A DNA stretch of 64,000 nt from Faecousia sp. GTDB lineage: Bacteria > Bacillota > Clostridia > Oscillospirales > Oscillospiraceae. Location: contig JAZSRI010000093.1 of assembly GCA_045538415.1 (NCBI GenBank), positions 17,236-81,235 on the forward strand, written 5' to 3'. The notes under the pieces are model-generated. The model worked only from the letters and a program-made list of their open reading frames with translations. It did no database searches and was not told the origin of the DNA. The translations under genes were made by a program, and so were the position numbers. Positions 37,444 through 46,647 of this stretch are shown piece after piece. Position 1 is the first letter of the stretch, and each line of letters opens with the position of its first letter.

Positions 37444-37564
37444 GACATTAGCCAATGACATACAGGCTACCATTGAAACCGCGGATTCTCTCCTGGAAAA
37501 ACGAGGAATTATCAATGGGACCATACTGGCCATTCCCGACGGCGTTTCTGTAATTGTACAGTAA
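37442..37564 (+). pseudogene. 3' remnant of a LarA (nickel-pincer lactate racemase) family gene
   Basis: Translates LTLANDIQATIETADSLLEKRGIINGTILAIPDGVSVIVQ*; AIPDGVSVIV* matches my recollection of clostridial LarA C-termini; no RBS. Confidence 0.55.
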
Positions 37565-37650
37565 AATAATTAGCACAAAACCCTGATTTTCACGAAAAAA
37601 ACACTTGCATTTTGTAATTATATGTGTTACAATACATCGGTCTGAAAACA

Positions 37651-37710
37651 AGGTGAGTCCTCTGTGGTGCCGGGAACCATATCGCCGGAGCCAACGCTGC
37701 ATGAACGCCT
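37651..37710 (+). promoter_or_regulatory. Structured rplS leader, probable L19 autoregulatory leader
   Basis: AGGTG...CCTCTG...ATGAAC.CCT paired leader between promoter (TTGCAT...TACAAT) and rplS. Confidence 0.5.
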
Positions 37711-37731
37711 AATATTAAGGAGGACATAGAT

Positions 37732-38073
37732 ATGGATTTAGTTAAGGCTCTGTCTAACCAGTACCTGAAGGAAGAACTGCCCGAAATGAACGTTGGCGAT
37801 ACTGTCCGTGTTCATGTGCGCATCAAGGAAGGCTCCCGCGAGCGTATCCAGGTGTTCGAAGGCACTATCATTGCCCGCAAGCATGGCGGCATCGGCGAGA
37901 CCATCACTGTTCGCCGTATCAGCCATGGCGTTGGCTGTGAAAAGGTTTTCCCCGTGCATTCCCCCCGGATTGCTGACGTTGAAACCGTCCGTAAGGGTAA
38001 GGTGCGCCGTGCCAAGCTGTACTATCTGCGTGAGCGTACCGGCAAGGCTGCTAAGGTCAAGGAAAAGGTTTAA
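37732..38073 (+). CDS. rplS: 50S ribosomal protein L19
   Basis: [33 protein letters not shown]. Confidence 0.98.
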   Translation: MDLVKALSNQYLKEELPEMNVGDTVRVHVRIKEGSRERIQVFEGTIIARKHGGIGETITVRRISHGVGCEKVFPVHSPRIADVETVRKGKVRRAKLYYLRERTGKAAKVKEKV

Positions 38074-38086
38074 TTTCAAATTCCGT

Positions 38087-38114
38087 AAAAAAAGAGGGGC
38101 AACCCTCTTTTTTT
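38087..38114 (+). terminator. Terminator after rplS
   Basis: AAAAAAAGAGGG-GCAA-CCCTCTTTTTTT. Confidence 0.8.
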
Positions 38115-38175
38115 ATTGCCTAAAATCGTATATAATATCCATATCATGCGTTTTATTCCGGGTGAGGTCATTTGA

Positions 38176-38802
38176 ATGGAAAATAATAAATTTGAATCTG
38201 GGAAACCGGTGGACAATGCCGGGAATACCATAAAAAATAAAACCGGCTGGAGAGAGGATGCACTGGCTTATCTGCAGGACATTGTTCACGCACTGGCGGT
38301 CATCCTGCTTCTTTTCCTGCTGCTTTTTCGGATTGTAATTGTCAACGGTCCATCCATGGAGGACACCCTTGTTCATAATGACTGTGTCATTTTACTCAAC
38401 AGCCTGTTTCACCGGAATTTCAGTGAGGGAGATATTGTTGTAATTAGCAAGGAGTCTTTTCGCGATGGCGAGCCTATTATCAAAAGGATTGTTGCAACCG
38501 AGAACCAGCGGGTGGATATCGATTTTGAATCAGGGATTGTATATGTGGATGATACGCCTGTTTCGGAGCCCTATACAAAAACACCAACAAATCTTAAGGA
38601 GGGAATTGAATTTCCTTTAACTGTACCGGAGGGCTGTGTGTTTGTAATGGGAGATAACCGGAATGACTCCAAAGACAGCCGCAGCTGTGAAATCGGAATG
38701 ATAGATACAAGACAGATACTTGGAAAGGCGTTCTTACTGGTATTTCCCGGGGCAAACCCGGATACACAGCAGCGCCAGCTGAATAGAATTGGGGCATTGT
38801 AA
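38176..38802 (+). CDS. lepB: Signal peptidase I
   Basis: GPSM..TL (Ser), IIKRIVA (Lys), MGDNRNDSKDSR. Confidence 0.95.
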   Translation: MENNKFESGKPVDNAGNTIKNKTGWREDALAYLQDIVHALAVILLLFLLLFRIVIVNGPSMEDTLVHNDCVILLNSLFHRNFSEGDIVVISKESFRDGEPIIKRIVATENQRVDIDFESGIVYVDDTPVSEPYTKTPTNLKEGIEFPLTVPEGCVFVMGDNRNDSKDSRSCEIGMIDTRQILGKAFLLVFPGANPDTQQRQLNRIGAL

Positions 38803-39674
38803 TGGCAGATAACGATCGTATGAATATCCAGTGGTATCCCGGCCACATGACCAAAACCCGCCGGCAGATCGAAGCGGATTTGAAGCTTGTGGATGCGGTG
38901 TGTGAAATTGTGGATGCGCGAATCCCGGTTTCCAGCCGCAATCCGGATATTGATGCCATCTGTGGCAATAAACCGCGAATTATCATTCTCAACAGGATGG
39001 ATTTGGCGGACCCGGCAGCCACGAAGCGCTGGATCGCCTATTTCCGAGAAAAAGGCTATGCGGCTGTGGCTACGGATTGTAAAAGCAGAAAAGGTATTGC
39101 AAGCTTCCAGCCTGCAGTCCGTTCTGTATTGAAGGAAAAGATCGAGCGCAATGCGGCTAAGGGCATGAATAAACCCTTGCGGGTAATGATTGTGGGCATT
39201 CCGAACGTTGGAAAGTCTACCCTGATCAATCAAATTTCCGGCAGAAAGGGCGCAAAGGCTGAGAACAGGCCGGGCGTTACGCGAGGCAAACAGTGGGTAA
39301 CTGTGGATACAAGTCTTTTGCTTTTGGATACCCCCGGTATTCTGTGGCCGAAATTTGAAGATCGGGAAGTTGGCATGATGCTTGCCTATACCGGTGCGGT
39401 TAAAGAAGATATTATTGATATCGAGGAATTGGCTTCCAGATTGATGGAGCTGCTTTTAAAGCGCTATCCCCAGACCATTTCAGGCAGGTACGGTGTGGAA
39501 GCGGAAGCCGGAACGCCGGGCTATGAACTTCTGGAAATGGCTGGCCGGAAGAGGGGATATCTTGTTTCCGGCGGTGAAATCAACACAGAGCGCATGGCTA
39601 AAGTGCTGCTGGATGAATACCGCAGCGGTAAGCTGGGATGCATTACATTTGAAGAACCGGAGGACAGGACATGA
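38802..39674 (+). CDS. rbgA: Ribosome biogenesis GTPase A
   Basis: IQWYPGHM, DARIP.SS.NP, GIPNVGKST, DTPGILWPK. Confidence 0.96.
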   Translation: MADNDRMNIQWYPGHMTKTRRQIEADLKLVDAVCEIVDARIPVSSRNPDIDAICGNKPRIIILNRMDLADPAATKRWIAYFREKGYAAVATDCKSRKGIASFQPAVRSVLKEKIERNAAKGMNKPLRVMIVGIPNVGKSTLINQISGRKGAKAENRPGVTRGKQWVTVDTSLLLLDTPGILWPKFEDREVGMMLAYTGAVKEDIIDIEELASRLMELLLKRYPQTISGRYGVEAEAGTPGYELLEMAGRKRGYLVSGGEINTERMAKVLLDEYRSGKLGCITFEEPEDRT

Positions 39675-40279
39675 GCCAGATCGATATGTGGCAGATAGAG
39701 CGTAGCTTTTTTGAAAAAGGTTTTCGTGTGATCTGCGGTGTGGATGAAGCAGGCAGAGGCCCTTTGGCCGGTCCGGTCTGTGCGGCGGCGGTTATCCTGC
39801 CGGAGAATGTACTGATTCCCGGGCTCAATGACAGTAAAAAGCTCTCCGATAAGAAACGCAGAGAATTGTTTCCCGTTATTCAGGAAACAGCCCTTGCCTA
39901 TGGGATTGCCTTTGCCGACCATGCTGAAATTGACCAAATTAACATCCTGCAGGCTACCTATCTTGCCATGGAGCGGGCCATCGCGAAACTTTCAGTTAAG
40001 CCGGATCTTGCGCTGATCGACGGAAACAGGGCGAAGGATTTTGGTGTTCCGGTTGAAACTGTTGTATCCGGTGATAGCCTTAGCGCAAGCATCGCCGCGG
40101 CGTCCGTCCTTGCCAAGGTGACCCGTGACGACTATATGATCGCCCTTTCACAGCAGTATCCACAATACCAGTTTGAAATACATAAGGGTTACGGCACTAA
40201 GGCACATTATGCGGCCCTTGCTCAGTTCGGTCCCAGTCCGGTTCACAGAATGACGTTCCTGAAAAAATTGTATGGCTAA
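39671..40279 (+). CDS. rnhB: Ribonuclease HII
   Basis: GVDEAGRGPLAGPV, DSKKL, IAAASVLAKV.RD, KGYGT. Confidence 0.97.
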   Translation: MSQIDMWQIERSFFEKGFRVICGVDEAGRGPLAGPVCAAAVILPENVLIPGLNDSKKLSDKKRRELFPVIQETALAYGIAFADHAEIDQINILQATYLAMERAIAKLSVKPDLALIDGNRAKDFGVPVETVVSGDSLSASIAAASVLAKVTRDDYMIALSQQYPQYQFEIHKGYGTKAHYAALAQFGPSPVHRMTFLKKLYG

Positions 40280-40637
40280 GAATAATCTGTCCGGTGCTTG
40301 GGGTGAGGCACTTGCCGCTGAGTACCTTAAGAAAAAGAAATTTAAGATTGTGGCTATGAACTACAAATGCCGCTTCGGCGAATTGGACATCATTGCCCAG
40401 AACAGGAAGTATCTTGTATTTGCCGAAGTGAAGCTGCGAAAGAATGACCGGTTTGCCACAGCCCGTGAGTTTGTGACCTATCAAAAACAGGAACGCATAC
40501 GTACCACAGCGTCGGTTTTTCTGGATGAACATCCTACACAGCTGCAGCCCCGCTTTGATGTTATTGAAATTTATGCCCCGGATGGGGTAGAGACAAAATC
40601 ACCTGTTATCAACCATTTGGAGGATGCTTTCTTATGA
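40272..40637 (+). CDS. yraN: YraN family (UPF0102) nuclease-like protein
   Basis: G..GE..A..YL, GELDII, EVK.R, RFDVIEI. Confidence 0.92.
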   Translation: MAKNNLSGAWGEALAAEYLKKKKFKIVAMNYKCRFGELDIIAQNRKYLVFAEVKLRKNDRFATAREFVTYQKQERIRTTASVFLDEHPTQLQPRFDVIEIYAPDGVETKSPVINHLEDAFL

Positions 40638-41584
40638 AATTCCCTGTCTTTGACCTGCACTGCGATACAGTTCTGAAGCTTATTGGGGACAAAAGACAGC
40701 CGGCACAGGAACTGCGGGAAAATTCATGCCATATTGATCTTTTGCGCGGCAAGGAGTTTCCCGGATACTGCCAGTGCTTCGGGCTGTTTACCACTTCCCA
40801 CATGCAGAAGTATGGGAAAGATCCTGTTGCTATGTTTGAACTGGGGCTTGACAGAATCCTCTACCAGTTGGATAAGAACAGTGATCTGATCCGCCAGGCG
40901 TATACAGCAGATGATGTTCGAAAGAACAGAGAAGATGGGGTAATGTCTGCAATTTTAACGCTGGAGGGCACAGCCGGTTTTGGTTATGACCCCGCCATGC
41001 TGGAGCAGCTATATAAGCTTGGCTTTAGAATTGTTTCTTTGGGATGGAATGAATCGAACCCTCTTACAGGTTCCCATGAAACTGGTGGTGGCCTGACAGA
41101 TATGGGCAGAGCCTTTGTGCAGGAAGCCCAGCGGCTTGGCATGATTATAGATGTCAGCCATATCAGTGACGAGGGCTTCTGGGACATTATGGATGTTACC
41201 CAGGCACCGGTGGTTGCCACCCACTCCAACAGCAGAAGGATATATAATGTGAGCCGCAATCTTACGGACGATATGTTCCGTCATATCTGCCAGACAGGGG
41301 GCGTTGCCGGATTCAATATGTACAGCGATTTTATAGGGGTTAACCCCAAGCTGACCGATGTCTGCGGACACTTCCTCCACTGGCTGGAACTGGACCCGGA
41401 GGGAAAACATATTGCCCTTGGAGGCGATTTGGACGGGTTTGACGATTTACCTGAGGGTTTTCGTGGTGTGCAGGATTATCCTGCCCTTGCGGATCATCTG
41501 CTGAATATGGGACTTACAACAGAAAAGCTTGAGAATATTTTCTGGAGCAACGCATTGGGGGTGCTGGATAAATGCTGTACATAA
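40634..41584 (+). CDS. Membrane dipeptidase (peptidase M19)
   Basis: DLHCDT, TLEG, IDVSH, ATHSN, GGDLDG. Confidence 0.9.
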   Translation: MKFPVFDLHCDTVLKLIGDKRQPAQELRENSCHIDLLRGKEFPGYCQCFGLFTTSHMQKYGKDPVAMFELGLDRILYQLDKNSDLIRQAYTADDVRKNREDGVMSAILTLEGTAGFGYDPAMLEQLYKLGFRIVSLGWNESNPLTGSHETGGGLTDMGRAFVQEAQRLGMIIDVSHISDEGFWDIMDVTQAPVVATHSNSRRIYNVSRNLTDDMFRHICQTGGVAGFNMYSDFIGVNPKLTDVCGHFLHWLELDPEGKHIALGGDLDGFDDLPEGFRGVQDYPALADHLLNMGLTTEKLENIFWSNALGVLDKCCT

Positions 41585-42564
41585 GCAGCAGAAATAAAGC
41601 GGAAACCTATACCGCGTACCGGGCGTTCCGGGAAACCGGACCGACAGATGGGGGGATGTTTCTTCCTTTCCGTCTGACACCGTTTCAGGAGGATACCCTT
41701 GTGAAACTGTTCCGCGGCACTTTCCATGAGGCAGTTGCCACGGTACTGAACGTTTTTCTCCCGGTAAAGCTTACCGGATGGGATGTGGAGCTGTGCGCCG
41801 GCCGAAATATCTGTATCTGCCGAAAGATGCCCCATAAGCTGATTCTTTCGGAAACATGGCACAACCCAGAGGGAAATTACAATTTTTTTGAAAAGTCTGT
41901 TTACAGAAAGCTTACGGGCAAGGTTGCCATAGTACCCCCCTGGGCCAGAACCGCCATCAAAACAGCGGTACTGTTCGGTATCTACGCACAGATATATAAG
42001 ACAGGCACAAGAAAATTTGATATTGTAACAGATACAAGTGATTACACATCTTACCTGTCTGCGTGCTTTGCAAAAAAATTGGGTCTGCCTATCAATAAAA
42101 TACTAATTGCCTGTCAGGAGGATGACGGGCTTTGGGAATTTGTCCACAAGGGTGCGTTCCTGTCAAACGGCGCTGCGCAGCCGGGTCTGGAAGCACTGAT
42201 CTGTATGCTCTACGGACACGGACAAGTCAGCAAGTTTTTGGCAGCTATGGAATACAAAGTGCAATATACTTTGGATATGGAGTTGCCCCCGCTCTGCAAT
42301 CATGACTTCTTCGGGGCGGTTGTGGGAAAACAACGGCTTGAAAGTGTTGTAAAAAGCGTTTTCCGCTCCTGTGACTATGTGCTTACAGAAGACGCCGCCA
42401 GAATGCACTGCGCGTTGATGGACTACCGGGCGAAAACAGGGGAGAGCAGGGAAACTGTGCTGTTTGTGGACAATAATCCCGCAAAGGATGCCGGCTGGAT
42501 CCGAAATGCAGTGGGACTTACTTCAGAGCAGATATCCCGCTTGCTCGGCGTGGTTAAGGAGTAG
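41572..42564 (+). CDS. Threonine synthase-like protein lacking PLP-binding motifs
   Basis: ThrC-like MLY.S.R...DGG.F.P and GLPI.K..IA; the HGPT.AFKD motif appears as HNPEGNYNF. Confidence 0.7.
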   Translation: MLYISSRNKAETYTAYRAFRETGPTDGGMFLPFRLTPFQEDTLVKLFRGTFHEAVATVLNVFLPVKLTGWDVELCAGRNICICRKMPHKLILSETWHNPEGNYNFFEKSVYRKLTGKVAIVPPWARTAIKTAVLFGIYAQIYKTGTRKFDIVTDTSDYTSYLSACFAKKLGLPINKILIACQEDDGLWEFVHKGAFLSNGAAQPGLEALICMLYGHGQVSKFLAAMEYKVQYTLDMELPPLCNHDFFGAVVGKQRLESVVKSVFRSCDYVLTEDAARMHCALMDYRAKTGESRETVLFVDNNPAKDAGWIRNAVGLTSEQISRLLGVVKE

Positions 42565-42569
42565 GTCAT

Positions 42570-43259
42570 ATGGCTTTATACGCAATTGGAGATCTTCACC
42601 TGTGCCTTGGCGCTGAGAAACCTATGGATGTATTTGGAGGCAATTGGGTTGGTTATATGCAGAAGCTGAAAGAAGGCATCAGTATGATTGGCCCGGAGGA
42701 CACCACAGTTCTGCTCGGAGATCTTTCCTGGGCGCTGGATCTTCAGCAGGCAAAAGAAGATTTTGCATGGATCCATGAGATACCCGGCAGGAAGATTATC
42801 CTAAAAGGAAATCATGATTACTGGTGGAGCACAGCGGCAAAATTTTACAAATTTTGTACCCAGAACGGTTTTGCTGACCAGTGGATTCTTAATAATAACC
42901 ATTATGTCTACGGCGATTGGGCAATTTGCGGAACCAGAGGGTGGTTTTTTGAGGAAGAACGCAGTGGACAGCAGGACGAAAAGGTTTTCCGCAGGGAGTT
43001 AATCCGCCTGGAAGCTTCCTTAAAATCTGCCGGAGATATGGAAAAAATGGTCTTTCTCCACTATCCGCCAAAGTACAAAGGGTACGAATGCAGTGAGATT
43101 CTGGAGCTTCTGCACAGGTATCAGGTAAGACGGTGCTTCTACGGTCACCTGCACGGCGCAAGCCACGGACTTGCTCTGGAAGGTCAATGGGATGGCATTG
43201 AATACCGGCTTGTATCCGCGGATTACCTTAGATTCAAACCGTTCTTAGTAATTTCATAA
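42570..43259 (+). CDS. Calcineurin-like metallophosphoesterase
   Basis: GDLHL, GDLSW, GNHDYWW, HYPP, YGHLH. Confidence 0.92.
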   Translation: MALYAIGDLHLCLGAEKPMDVFGGNWVGYMQKLKEGISMIGPEDTTVLLGDLSWALDLQQAKEDFAWIHEIPGRKIILKGNHDYWWSTAAKFYKFCTQNGFADQWILNNNHYVYGDWAICGTRGWFFEEERSGQQDEKVFRRELIRLEASLKSAGDMEKMVFLHYPPKYKGYECSEILELLHRYQVRRCFYGHLHGASHGLALEGQWDGIEYRLVSADYLRFKPFLVIS

Positions 43260-43374
43260 AAAATTTAAGAAAAGTGTGGACATTTGACGTATTATTTGTT
43301 AGAATACTTCGGATGCAAATTTTATATTTTTTGGTTGTGGCCAACACAGCCTTAAATTTGGGAGGATACTAGAA

Positions 43375-44679
43375 ATGAATGTCAAGAGCATTGAAAAAAA
43401 CGGCAACCAGGCTACCATCGTTGTTGAGATCGACAAGGATCTGATGGAGTCCGGCGTACAGAAAGCTTACATGAAGGCCCGTAAGAACATCATGATCCCC
43501 GGCTTCCGTAAGGGTAAGGCACCCCGTAAGATGATCGAGGCTATGTACGGCGCCCATGTTTTCTTTGAAGACGGCCTGGAGGAGATTTTCCCCGAGGTGT
43601 ACGAGCAGGCTGTTGTAAAGCAGGATGTGAAGGCTGTTGGCCGTCCCAGCCTGACTGATATGCAGATCAGCGAGGACAACATTGTCACTATTACTCTGAC
43701 CACCGACGTATATCCCGAGGTCACCTTGGGTGATTACAAGGGCATCGAGGTTGAGAAGGCTGAGGCCACTGTTTCCGATGAGCAGGTGCAGGCTGAGCTG
43801 GACCGTATGGCACAGAACGTTGCTTCCACCGAGACCGTCGAGCGGGCTGCTAAGATGGGTGACACTGCAAATATCGACTTTGAAGGCTTCGACAATGGTG
43901 TTGCCTTTGAGGGCGGCAAGGGTGAGAACTTTGATCTGAAACTTGGATCCGGTTCTTTCGTTCCCGGCTTTGAGGAGCAGGTTGTTGGCATGACTGCCGG
44001 CGAGGAGAAGGACATTGACATCACTTTCCCCGAGGACTACAAAGCGGATCTGGCAGGTAAGCCCGTTGTTTTCCATGTGAAGCTGAATAAGGTCACTGTG
44101 ACCAATGTTCCCCAGCAGGATGACGAGTTTGCCAAGGACGTTTCCGAGTTTGACACTCTGGAAGAGCTGAAGAACGACATTCGCCAGAAGGCTTTGGAAT
44201 CTGCCCAGAAGCAGATTGACGCAGCGTTTGAAAACGCGTGCGTGGAGAAGGCTGCTGAGAATACTACCGTTGATATGCCTGCGGCACTGATCGAGTCTGA
44301 GCTGGACAACCAAATGGAGCGCTTTGCTTACCAGCTGCAGATGAGCGGCTATTCCATGGACGCTTACGCCAAGATGATGGGCGGCGATATGAACACCATG
44401 CGCAACGCCTTCCGTCCCAATGCCGAAAAGCAGGCTAAGATCAATGTGACCCTGGCTAAGATCGCTGAGGTTGAGCAGATCGAAGTTACTGATGAAGATA
44501 TTGCTGCTGAGTACGAGGCAATGGCAAAGCAGTATGAGCTGGAAGCAGACAAGATCAAGGGCATGGTTCCCGAGGAGGAGCTGAAGTCCAGCCTGCAGAC
44601 CCGTAAGGCTGTTAAGCTGATCGTGGAAGCTGCTGTTCCTGTTGCCCCCAAGGCCAAAGAGGAGAAGACTGAGGAATAA
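43375..44679 (+). CDS. tig: Trigger factor
   Basis: IPGFRKGKAP ribosome-binding motif; FKBP domain. Confidence 0.97.
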   Translation: MNVKSIEKNGNQATIVVEIDKDLMESGVQKAYMKARKNIMIPGFRKGKAPRKMIEAMYGAHVFFEDGLEEIFPEVYEQAVVKQDVKAVGRPSLTDMQISEDNIVTITLTTDVYPEVTLGDYKGIEVEKAEATVSDEQVQAELDRMAQNVASTETVERAAKMGDTANIDFEGFDNGVAFEGGKGENFDLKLGSGSFVPGFEEQVVGMTAGEEKDIDITFPEDYKADLAGKPVVFHVKLNKVTVTNVPQQDDEFAKDVSEFDTLEELKNDIRQKALESAQKQIDAAFENACVEKAAENTTVDMPAALIESELDNQMERFAYQLQMSGYSMDAYAKMMGGDMNTMRNAFRPNAEKQAKINVTLAKIAEVEQIEVTDEDIAAEYEAMAKQYELEADKIKGMVPEEELKSSLQTRKAVKLIVEAAVPVAPKAKEEKTEE

Positions 44680-44730
44680 GTCTTCCAATAAATGGTTAGA
44701 ATGTTTCAAACCCTGAAAGGAGACATCACC

Positions 44731-45312
44731 ATGAGTTTTATCCCCTATGTTGTTGAACAGTCCAGCCGCGGAGAACGCAGCTATGACATTTTCTCCCGGC
44801 TGCTCAATGACCGTATCATTTTCCTGTCGGAAGAGGTCAATGACACCACCGCAAGTTTGATTGTTGCCCAGCTTCTGTATTTGGAGGCTCAGGACCCTGA
44901 TAAGGATATTCAGTTCTATATCAATAGTCCCGGCGGCAGTGTAACTGCCGGTATGGCAATCTACGATACCATGCAGTACATCAAGTGCGATGTAGCAACC
45001 ATTTGCGTTGGTATGGCAGCGTCTATGGGTGCGTTCCTGCTGGCTGCCGGTACTAAGGGCAAGCGTATGGCGCTGCCCAATTCCGAGATTATGATCCACC
45101 AGCCCTCTGCAGGTACCCAGGGTCAGATTACTGATATGGCAATCCACATGAAGCGTCTGGAAACCATTAAGTCCCGGATGAACCGTATTCTTGCTGAAAA
45201 GACCGGTAAGAGCGTGGAGGAAGTGACCAACGCCTGTGAGCGGGACAATTTTATGACCAGCGACGAGGCACTGGCCTTTGGCCTGATCGACCGTGTGCTG
45301 GAGCGGCACTAA
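44731..45312 (+). CDS. clpP: ATP-dependent Clp protease proteolytic subunit
   Basis: [25 protein letters not shown]. Confidence 0.97.
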   Translation: MSFIPYVVEQSSRGERSYDIFSRLLNDRIIFLSEEVNDTTASLIVAQLLYLEAQDPDKDIQFYINSPGGSVTAGMAIYDTMQYIKCDVATICVGMAASMGAFLLAAGTKGKRMALPNSEIMIHQPSAGTQGQITDMAIHMKRLETIKSRMNRILAEKTGKSVEEVTNACERDNFMTSDEALAFGLIDRVLERH

Positions 45313-45337
45313 TTTTCCGGAAAGGCGGTACTCGTAA

Positions 45338-46588
45338 ATGTCCAAGAAGGCAGACGAGCAGCTGCTCAGATGTTCTTTTTGTGGTAAGACTGAGGCACAG
45401 GCCCGTCTTGTGGCCGGTCCCGGTGTATGTATCTGCAGCGATTGTGTGCAGGCCTGCAGCGATTTGCTGATGGAGGATTCTTACACAGAGGATATGCCGG
45501 ATCATCTGCCTACACCTATGGAGATGAAGGCATATCTTGACCAGTACGTGATTGGTCAGGATGAAGCTAAAATTGCACTGAGTGTAGCTGTCTACAACCA
45601 CTACAAACGTATTTTCCTTGCAACCAATACAGAGGTAGAGCTCCAAAAGAGTAACATTCTTTTAATTGGTCCTACAGGCTGCGGCAAGACTCTGTTTGCT
45701 CAGACTTTGGCCCGGGTTCTAGACGTTCCCTTTGCAATTGCGGACGCGACCACACTGACAGAAGCCGGTTATGTAGGCGACGATGTGGAGAATATCCTTG
45801 TGCGTCTGCTGCAGGCTGCTGAGTTTGATGTGGAACGTGCCCAGCGCGGTATTATCTATATCGATGAAATGGATAAAATCGCGAGAAAGAGTGAAAATAC
45901 CTCTATAACCCGTGACGTTTCCGGTGAAGGCGTTCAGCAGGCTCTGCTGAAAATTCTGGAAGGAACAGTTGCCAATGTACCACCTCAGGGCGGCAGAAAG
46001 CATCCCCAGCAGGAGATGATTCAGGTGGATACTACCAACATCCTCTTTATCTGCGGCGGTGCCTTCGACGGTCTTGACAAGATTATTGAAGCTCGGACAG
46101 ACAAATCTGCCATCGGCTTTGATGCCCCTGTGGAGAGTAAGAAAAAGCGTGACCTTGGTAAGATTCTTGCTAAGGTTCAGCCTCACGACCTGCTGAAGTT
46201 TGGAATCATTCCGGAACTTGTGGGCCGTATGCCTGTAATCACCAGCTTGCAGGATCTGAAGAAAGAAGATCTTGTCCGTATTCTGGTGGAACCTAAGAAT
46301 GCGTTGACCAAGCAGTATAAGGAGCTGCTTGCCCTTGAAAACGTTGAACTTGAGTTCCAGCCGGAGGTTCTGGACGCAGTGGCGGAAAAAGCCATTGAGC
46401 GCCAGATCGGTGCCCGTGGTCTGCGGGCGGTGATGGAACAGACCATGACGAAAATTATGTATGTGATCCCCTCCGACCTCTCTATTAAGAAGGTAATCAT
46501 TACCCCCGAATGTATCCAGGGCGGAGAACCTAAACTCATCCGGGATAAAGCACACCCCCGGCAGAAGATCACAGCCAAAAAACACTGA
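45338..46588 (+). CDS. clpX: ATP-dependent Clp protease ATP-binding subunit
   Basis: CSFCGK zinc finger, [29 protein letters not shown] loop. Confidence 0.97.
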   Translation: MSKKADEQLLRCSFCGKTEAQARLVAGPGVCICSDCVQACSDLLMEDSYTEDMPDHLPTPMEMKAYLDQYVIGQDEAKIALSVAVYNHYKRIFLATNTEVELQKSNILLIGPTGCGKTLFAQTLARVLDVPFAIADATTLTEAGYVGDDVENILVRLLQAAEFDVERAQRGIIYIDEMDKIARKSENTSITRDVSGEGVQQALLKILEGTVANVPPQGGRKHPQQEMIQVDTTNILFICGGAFDGLDKIIEARTDKSAIGFDAPVESKKKRDLGKILAKVQPHDLLKFGIIPELVGRMPVITSLQDLKKEDLVRILVEPKNALTKQYKELLALENVELEFQPEVLDAVAEKAIERQIGARGLRAVMEQTMTKIMYVIPSDLSIKKVIITPECIQGGEPKLIRDKAHPRQKITAKKH

Positions 46589-46647
46589 TTTTAGGGGGTA
46601 GTTTACTACCCCCGATTTTCAATATATCCCCAGGAAGGAGAAAAACC

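Noticed and set aside
43369-45345. 658-aa minus-strand ORF antisense to tig-clpP
   Set aside because: Shadow ORF in codon register with highly expressed genes that avoid TTA/CTA/TCA; no recognisable motifs
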